Shown in pieces: positions 57,495-64,000 of a DNA stretch of 64,000 nucleotides (positions are counted from its first letter, which is position 1; every line of letters starts with the position of its first letter). A program made the translations under genes and the position numbers. The notes under the pieces are model-generated. The model worked only from the letters and a program-made list of their open reading frames with translations, did no database searches and was not told where the DNA came from. This DNA comes from Candidatus Dojkabacteria bacterium (GTDB lineage: Bacteria > Patescibacteriota > Dojkabacteria > B142 > OLB20). Where the stretch lies: the NCBI GenBank assembly GCA_046753765.1, contig JBHHUN010000002.1, positions 1,570 to 65,569 on the forward strand, read 5' to 3'.

Positions 57495-59795
57495 ATGTAT
57501 TGGGCAGATAAACTGGCAGAAGAGATCCCACAAGGGAGAAAGCACCGGGTCGACGACATGAAGACACCTTCCGGACACGCACATGCAGGGTCACTTCGAG
57601 CTATCGCAACACATGGTCTTGTATTCGAAGCGATGCAACAGGCCGGTCACGATGTTGACTTTACTTATGTCGTCAATGACATGGATCCGATGGATGGTCT
57701 TCCGGTGTATCTTTCGGAAGAGCAATACAGACAGCACATGGGCAAACCCCTATTTATGATTGATGCCCCCGACGGAAAGTCAGAGAGTTATGCAAAACAA
57801 TATGCCTCCGAGTATATTGAGGCCTTCAACAGACTACATTTCAAACCAAAAATTCACTGGTCATCTGAGCTTTACAAGTCTGGAAAAATAGATCCGTTCA
57901 TTCGTATGTCACTTGATAATGCAGAGGTGATCAGAAAAATCTACAAGAAAGTTGCCGGTCAACATAAACCCAAACAGTGGCATCCTTTTCAAGTTATATG
58001 CCCAGAGTGTGGGAAGATAGGGACCAATCTAGTGACGGACTGGGACGGTAATACTGTCGAGTACGAATGTAAAAGAGGTCTCGTGGAATGGGCCACAGGA
58101 TGCGGTGAGAAAGGCCGCATAAGCCCCTTTGGCGGAACAGGTAAACTGATGTGGAAGGTAGATTGGGCCGCGCACTGGGCTGCAATGGATATTACAGTTG
58201 AGGGAGCCGGTAAAGATCATTTTAGCGAGGGCGGATCAAGGTACGTCTCAGCGGCCATCATAAAAGAAGTCTTCAATATTGAACCACCATTCGGTTTTCT
58301 CCATGAATTTCTTCTCATCGGTGGAGCAAAAATGTCTTCATCTAAAGGAAACGCCACTACTGCAGCAGAGTTCTCCCAAATAATCCCTCCCGAACTTGGA
58401 AGATTTTTATTCGTGCGTACACCGTATCAACGCGCAATCAATTTCGATCCCAGCGTCAGTAACACCATTCCAGATCTCTTTGATGAGTACGACCGCAACG
58501 CCCTGGCCTACTTCGAATCTGGAACAGAAACCGACTTTGGCCGATATTTCGTGGCAGCTCATGTTAACAAACCACCTGATGAAGCTATATTTCTACCTCG
58601 TTTTAGACAGGTGGCCACCTTGCTGCAAATGCCATCAGTAGACTTAAAGGAATACTTCACCAAGGAAAAAGGTTCCCCACTAAATACCATCGAACTGGCA
58701 ATACTCGAAGAACGTATCCAGTATGCGCAGATCTGGCTAGATAAGTTTGCTGACGAAAGTGAGATATTTGAAGTAAAAAGCCAGATCCCCAGTGAAACCA
58801 AGAAACTCACAGGTGGACAAAGAGAGTTCCTCTCGGAGCTTGTCGATCTGCTTAAAAGGAAGAGTTTTAAGGATGGAGAAGCGCTGCAGCAGGCTATCTA
58901 TAAAATTGCGAAAGCTTCGAAAGCGCACAGCAAGGGCGGTTTCGAAGCAATCTATCTCTCATTGCTTGGCAAAACACACGGACCAAAAGCAGGATGGCTG
59001 CTCTTTGAACAGCTGAAGACTGAAAAAATGACCCTACTTGAACGACTGGCGGATATAGCTGAGGGGAAGTTGGCAGAAGTAGAATCTCGAGACCTGTTAC
59101 CGGTAATTACAATTTCTGATCGACTGAAAGTCTCAGACGAGGTTAGATCAAAATGGCCGTCGATCACAATTGGCTATGCGGAGATAGAAGGTGTACAAAT
59201 TGCTTCTAAAAACAAAGAGCTTGAGAAGCTAAAGGCTGAGAGGCTGTCTGGCCTGAAAGCTATTACCAGAGGACAGATCAACTCTTTTCCTGAAATAATG
59301 AGTTACAGAAAGCTATATAAAGAGACCGGTGTAGATTGGCACTCACGCAGACCAAGTCCAGAGGCGCTTCTACGCAGGCTCACCCAGGGAAAAGATCTTT
59401 ACAGCATTAACACATGTGTGGATGCCTATAACCTTATCGTCATGGAAAATCGCGTCAGTGTAGGCGCATTTAATTACGATACACTGCAGTTCCCAACTGA
59501 GCTCAGAATTGCCAGGGGCGACGAAGAGATCATGCTGTTAGGTGACACGGATTCAACCAAATTGAAGGAAGGAGAGCTCTGTTACTTCGATATGAAAGGC
59601 CCATATAATCTAGACTTCAACTTCAGGGACGCTGAACGTACAAAAGTAACCTTGGACACGACCAATCTCCTTATAAATGTCGAGGGGGTTTACGATATCT
59701 CCAGAGCACAGGTCGAAGAAACGCTCATTGCGACCGTTGAGATCATTAAAAAATTCTGCGGTGGCACTGTGAAGAAACTTGAGATTATTCGTTAG
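57495..59795 (+). CDS. lysS: Class I lysine--tRNA ligase with C-terminal B3/4 domain
   Basis: TPSGHAHAGS, CPECG, GKLMWKVDW, EGAGKDH, KMSSSKGN; then RPSPEALLRR, INTCVDAYN. Confidence 0.93.
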   Translation: MYWADKLAEEIPQGRKHRVDDMKTPSGHAHAGSLRAIATHGLVFEAMQQAGHDVDFTYVVNDMDPMDGLPVYLSEEQYRQHMGKPLFMIDAPDGKSESYAKQYASEYIEAFNRLHFKPKIHWSSELYKSGKIDPFIRMSLDNAEVIRKIYKKVAGQHKPKQWHPFQVICPECGKIGTNLVTDWDGNTVEYECKRGLVEWATGCGEKGRISPFGGTGKLMWKVDWAAHWAAMDITVEGAGKDHFSEGGSRYVSAAIIKEVFNIEPPFGFLHEFLLIGGAKMSSSKGNATTAAEFSQIIPPELGRFLFVRTPYQRAINFDPSVSNTIPDLFDEYDRNALAYFESGTETDFGRYFVAAHVNKPPDEAIFLPRFRQVATLLQMPSVDLKEYFTKEKGSPLNTIELAILEERIQYAQIWLDKFADESEIFEVKSQIPSETKKLTGGQREFLSELVDLLKRKSFKDGEALQQAIYKIAKASKAHSKGGFEAIYLSLLGKTHGPKAGWLLFEQLKTEKMTLLERLADIAEGKLAEVESRDLLPVITISDRLKVSDEVRSKWPSITIGYAEIEGVQIASKNKELEKLKAERLSGLKAITRGQINSFPEIMSYRKLYKETGVDWHSRRPSPEALLRRLTQGKDLYSINTCVDAYNLIVMENRVSVGAFNYDTLQFPTELRIARGDEEIMLLGDTDSTKLKEGELCYFDMKGPYNLDFNFRDAERTKVTLDTTNLLINVEGVYDISRAQVEETLIATVEIIKKFCGGTVKKLEIIR

Positions 59796-59822
59796 AATGA
59801 GCACAGTGAAATAACCTGAATA

Positions 59823-60647
59823 ATGAGCGAAGTTACATTTAGAATCAACAGACTACAGGATTGCCTCCCTCAAGATGATGTGCTTGACCTGCCTTATGAG
59901 AGAAAGATGGTACAGGGCGGTTGGTTTCGAGGCCGGAAGAGGCATCACCATCCCGATGTATACGAAAGCATGCTCTATGTAAACAATACTTTTTACTACC
60001 TTGATTATGCAGATTTCACCAGGGTAGATATGTTATCGGCGCCCGTTTCTACTCTTCCCGAGGCACTGACAGCAAAACCACATTTACAGGTTGCATCGGG
60101 GCAAATTTACCATCTCGCCCCAGGGTCAAGAAAGCTTAAAGCACTAGTTACGGGTTATAGACGAAGTGGTGAGCCAAGCAGTGACGCTGCAAGCGTTCTT
60201 GGCATTCTAGAAGATGTTGCTTACAACACCTCAATGCTTAACATTAGCATTAGCTCTACTGGCGGTACAAGAGGCAGAGTGGCCCAATATGAGTTTGACC
60301 CCGCGGTAATCGAAAGACGAATGAAGGGGGCAGGCGTGATGTACCTCAAATCAGATCACGCACAGGAGATCTATAGAGCAACGAGTGGGTTTTTGCTGGT
60401 GGACGCAGTTTCTCCCCGAAACCTGCAACCTTCGCATTATACTAACGGTAATGTCATTGTTGTCCCTATCTTGCCAATGACTGGGTCTGAGATCCGAAAT
60501 ACTCTGGTAATCAATAGGAGACACTACAGGGGAGACGAAGAATCTCTAGGAAGCCTTTATGAGCTGTCACTAGAAAGACAACACTTGCTTCATAATCCAG
60601 AAGGAGAGATGCGGGCAGTTTTAGATTTGGCACCCTCTACTTCATAA
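59823..60647 (+). CDS. Hypothetical protein
   Basis: 274-aa ORF, no recognised motif. Confidence 0.55.
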   Translation: MSEVTFRINRLQDCLPQDDVLDLPYERKMVQGGWFRGRKRHHHPDVYESMLYVNNTFYYLDYADFTRVDMLSAPVSTLPEALTAKPHLQVASGQIYHLAPGSRKLKALVTGYRRSGEPSSDAASVLGILEDVAYNTSMLNISISSTGGTRGRVAQYEFDPAVIERRMKGAGVMYLKSDHAQEIYRATSGFLLVDAVSPRNLQPSHYTNGNVIVVPILPMTGSEIRNTLVINRRHYRGDEESLGSLYELSLERQHLLHNPEGEMRAVLDLAPSTS

Positions 60648-60948
60648 GCCTCCATCTGTCAGCATATACCACCAAACTTGCCTTTGCTTCTCCTTCATTT
60701 GAAAGATAAGCGTCTACATCTGGTCGGCCGTCCACCAAAAGAAGGTCACCTTTTTTGATTTTATCTGCCTTTGAGTGGCTTTTGTTGAAAACAAGCACAT
60801 TATAAAAAGTTGTGCGCTCGTCACGCTCTTTCCCCATGTACTGGTTTACAGCCAGAGAAAACTTTGCGTAGTTTTTACCCTCTTTGCTTTCGAGAACTTC
60901 GGCATCTTTTGTAGCCCGGCCGAGCAGGAATACCTGTTGCAGATTCAT
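60637..60948 (-). CDS. ssb: Single-stranded DNA-binding protein (OB fold only)
   Basis: VFLLGRATKD, FSLAVN, KKGDLLLVDGR. Confidence 0.85.
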   Translation of the reverse strand: MNLQQVFLLGRATKDAEVLESKEGKNYAKFSLAVNQYMGKERDERTTFYNVLVFNKSHSKADKIKKGDLLLVDGRPDVDAYLSNEGEAKASLVVYADRWRLMK

Positions 60949-61006
60949 ATATAAGTATATAAAAGATAATATGAATCCTTTTTAACTTAGGGAGGTTAAT
61001 TTTTTC

Positions 61007-61669
61007 TTAACTTTTCACCAGTAATTTCTTTAGCACACTTAAGTCACCTTGCCAATCCTTGCCGTCAAACCATTGTAACCCCGAGAACTGAAGCTTATAT
61101 TTATCTGACTCATTTTTGACGGAGCCAAGATATATGTACTCAAGTTTCATTTCTGCAGCAAACTCAATAGCTCCAATCATCATGCTCATCCCCAGATTTG
61201 CAGGATATAACTCGAACTCGTAGAATGGATAGGCGTAATGAATAATCGAGTTGTTTTGGTAGCAGATCGCATAACCTACAGTACTTTCCAGACTGTACTC
61301 GAGAAGCATGTTGAAGCTTGTCGAGTCGTCATCCTTTAAAATAGCCCTCAACTTCGAAGCACTAAATGTGCCTACTCCAAATTTCTTAGTATAGAATTCC
61401 TTTCCAAGTCTATGGATGTTCCAATCATATTCATCCTCAGTTAGAGGAAGACTATTTGATTTAACTTTAAGCTCGGGAAACTTCTGTGTTACGCGCCTGT
61501 TCTCGCTCGACAACTGAAAGCGGGAAAGCTCTACTCGAAGGGATCTGGTCTGGAACATATCACCCTTGCCTGTCCTGCCAAATACGTATCCCTGTGAGTA
61601 TTGCTCTGTTATCGTCTCCGGTTCATAACTGTCTAAAGTTGTTTTATCCCAGGTGAGATAGTCATGCAT
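61007..61669 (-). CDS. ATE1/Bpt-like aminoacyl-tRNA--protein transferase
   Basis: SLRVELSRFQLS...RR, YAYPFY, LG, YIYLG, YKLQF. Confidence 0.65.
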   Translation of the reverse strand: MHDYLTWDKTTLDSYEPETITEQYSQGYVFGRTGKGDMFQTRSLRVELSRFQLSSENRRVTQKFPELKVKSNSLPLTEDEYDWNIHRLGKEFYTKKFGVGTFSASKLRAILKDDDSTSFNMLLEYSLESTVGYAICYQNNSIIHYAYPFYEFELYPANLGMSMMIGAIEFAAEMKLEYIYLGSVKNESDKYKLQFSGLQWFDGKDWQGDLSVLKKLLVKS

Positions 61670-61672
61670 GCT

Positions 61673-64000
61673 TCATTTTACCTTATTTTGATTTTTTAAT
61701 TCAGTTAACTGCTTGAGCCTCTCAATCTCCTGAGCTAACAGTTGCATATACATTCCATATCCAATATTAGCAATATTACCATGTTGCTCTCTACCAAGTA
61801 GGTTCCCAGCGCCTCGAATTTCAAGGTCTCTGCTTGCCAGACTGAATCCAGATCCAAGCTCCTGAAGCTCCATCAGCGCCCTCAGTCTCTCTTTGTACTT
61901 CTGATGTTTTTTCTTTTTTTTGGCCAGCTTTGGATCAATACTCTCAAGCTGCTCATCGAAATATTTCTGATCAGGATCTTCACCCTCATAAAACATGTAT
62001 GCATAAGCTTGAATTTGCCCTCTTCCAACCCTACCCCGCAACTGGTAAAGCTGCCCGAGTCCAAAGTTTTGCGATTGCTCAATAATAATAGTATTTACAT
62101 TCGGCATATCAATACCGTTTTCAATAATGGTAGTGCAGATGAGTACATCGTACATCTTACTGTAAAAACTGGATATATTCTCTTCTAGTTGTTCCGGTGT
62201 CATCTGACCATGACCTACTACAAACCGTACTTTGGGGAGAAGCCTTTGCAGCTTCGCATATACTGAGTTGATTGTTCTCACCCTGTTATGAACATAGTAC
62301 ACCTGACCACCTCTCTTAAGCTCAGAGAGAATTGCATCGACAACTTTTTGTGGGTTGTGCTTGGCGACAACAGTTTCAACTGACTTCCTTCCCTCCGGTG
62401 GAGTTTGAATTATCGAGATGTCTTGAATTGTCGCCAGAGCCATACTTAGTGTTCTGGGGATCGGTGTTGCACTTAAAGATAAAACATGAACACCATACTG
62501 CAATTTCTTGAGTTTCTCTTTTTGTTTTACACCAAACTTCTGTTCCTCATCTACTATCAGAAGCCCCAACTTTCTAAACTCGATGTCGTTTGAAAGCAAC
62601 CTGTGGGTACCAACCACGATATCTATCTTATTCTCCTTGAGCTCAGCTATTGTTCTCTTGTTGTTCCTGCTACTGAACCTTGAAAGAGAGCCGATTATAT
62701 AAGGTGTGTCAGAAAATCTTTCAGTTAAAACCTTGAAATGCTGTGCAACCAGAACAGTAGTCGGTGAGAGAAATGCAACCTGATACCCTTGTTCGACTGC
62801 CTTAAAAGCAGCCCTCATAGCGATTTCTGTTTTACCAAAACCAACATCCCCAACAATAAGGCGATTCATTGGTCTATCACCTGCCATATCATTTATTACC
62901 TCTTTCTCGGTTCTGAGTTGATCATCAGTCTCTTGATATGGAAAATCCAACAAGAAATTCTCATACGTTTTAGATGATTCAGGATCAATCGCGGAGGCCT
63001 TAGCCAGCAAGCGTTTGGCATAGTGCTCAACAAGTTCCTTAGCGAGGACCGCAACTGACGCTTTAACTTTACGTTTTATTCTACCCCAGTCTGCCCGTCC
63101 CAATCGTGTAATTTTTGGATCATCATCATCTGGACCAATGTATTTTGTGACCTTGTCGATCTGACTGAGAGGCACCAGAAGTTCGTCTCCCTCGGCGTAA
63201 GCTACAAGTAAATAGTCCTCGTAGACTTTGATTCGTTTAAACTCATTGAAACCAAGGGGGATCTTCTGTTCAAACTCTTCCTGTTTAATACCTTTATAGA
63301 TTCCAATACCATAATCTTCGTGCACAACAGCGTTCCCAATTTCTATCTCCCCTTCAAGTTGTGCCAGTAGCTTCCTTGCATGCTTGGATGACAGGCCTTT
63401 CGTCTGTCTACTCAAGAAGACGGTTCCAAACAACTCGCGGTCTGTGAATACAGTGTATTTTAGAGATTTTGAGATAAAGCCTGCCTCAATATCTGCAAAG
63501 TGCTTCGAAACCAGTCCTTTGAGCTTTGGCGGGACGCTGCTTTTATGTTTTGTTAATAAATGAACTTCATACCCCTTATCTTGAAACCTGTTTATATCCC
63601 TCTCAAGAAGATCAAACCTTCCGAAATACAGCTGTGGATATGTAAAGTCAAATGTGACTGCCTGACTTGAGTCGTATGTATCCAAATTGTCACCACCGAA
63701 GATGACAGATAGCTTTAGTGGCGATTTATCGCTACTACCAAGCTGGATCTGGTCTAGTACGGCCTGTGAATTTAATTCTTCAAGGTCGCCAATTAGAACA
63801 CTTTTCACAATGCTCTGTGTTTTATTGTAAATCTCGTCGTACGTTTCTGCCTTTTCATAGCTGTCACCAAAGTAGATGACACGGATAGGATGTTCATAGC
63901 CCACGGGCCAAAATCTAACCTGGTCACCAATAACAGAATACTCACCAGTCTGGGAGATCTTCTCGACATTCTCGAAGTTATGGTTTTCAAGAAATGAGCT
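61673..64000 (-). CDS. mfd: Transcription-repair coupling factor (5' partial; C-terminally short)
   Basis: RID VVHEDYGIG; GDVGFGKTE, DEEQ, SATPIPRT, QLRGRVGR, DLEIRGAG; frame stays open to window end. Confidence 0.93.
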   Translation of the reverse strand, partial: SSFLENHNFENVEKISQTGEYSVIGDQVRFWPVGYEHPIRVIYFGDSYEKAETYDEIYNKTQSIVKSVLIGDLEELNSQAVLDQIQLGSSDKSPLKLSVIFGGDNLDTYDSSQAVTFDFTYPQLYFGRFDLLERDINRFQDKGYEVHLLTKHKSSVPPKLKGLVSKHFADIEAGFISKSLKYTVFTDRELFGTVFLSRQTKGLSSKHARKLLAQLEGEIEIGNAVVHEDYGIGIYKGIKQEEFEQKIPLGFNEFKRIKVYEDYLLVAYAEGDELLVPLSQIDKVTKYIGPDDDDPKITRLGRADWGRIKRKVKASVAVLAKELVEHYAKRLLAKASAIDPESSKTYENFLLDFPYQETDDQLRTEKEVINDMAGDRPMNRLIVGDVGFGKTEIAMRAAFKAVEQGYQVAFLSPTTVLVAQHFKVLTERFSDTPYIIGSLSRFSSRNNKRTIAELKENKIDIVVGTHRLLSNDIEFRKLGLLIVDEEQKFGVKQKEKLKKLQYGVHVLSLSATPIPRTLSMALATIQDISIIQTPPEGRKSVETVVAKHNPQKVVDAILSELKRGGQVYYVHNRVRTINSVYAKLQRLLPKVRFVVGHGQMTPEQLEENISSFYSKMYDVLICTTIIENGIDMPNVNTIIIEQSQNFGLGQLYQLRGRVGRGQIQAYAYMFYEGEDPDQKYFDEQLESIDPKLAKKKKKHQKYKERLRALMELQELGSGFSLASRDLEIRGAGNLLGREQHGNIANIGYGMYMQLLAQEIERLKQLTELKNQNKVK

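Overview
Gene-dense bacterial chromosomal segment. Its content suggests a reduced, host-associated Patescibacteria/CPR-type genome (taxonomy is inference): an archaeal-type mevalonate upper pathway, class I LysRS, alpha2-type GlyRS, class II ribonucleotide reductases and many short or degenerate enzyme homologs. It carries housekeeping genes (mraY, uvrC, hrcA-grpE-dnaK, glyQS, recO, asnB, nrdR, lysS, ssb, mfd), four tRNAs, one IS with 18-bp inverted repeats, two pseudogenes, a Gly T-box and two uORF-type attenuators. The standout is an NrdR-box-controlled operon (44086-52368) with three diverged class II RNR catalytic domains. One is stand-alone; the other two lie in tandem in a 1668-aa protein, separated by a degenerate HAM1/ITPase-like domain. 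Each has a different substrate/specificity loop and only one C-terminal Cys tail is present. Other notable items: a LysRS-I fused to a B3/4 editing-like domain, a LysW-like carrier ending EEEK beside a PLP/methyltransferase/ATP-grasp/NlpC-P60-like operon, a DUF35 scaffold lacking its zinc ribbon, and a duplicated tRNA-Phe 3' end with a structured T-loop insert.
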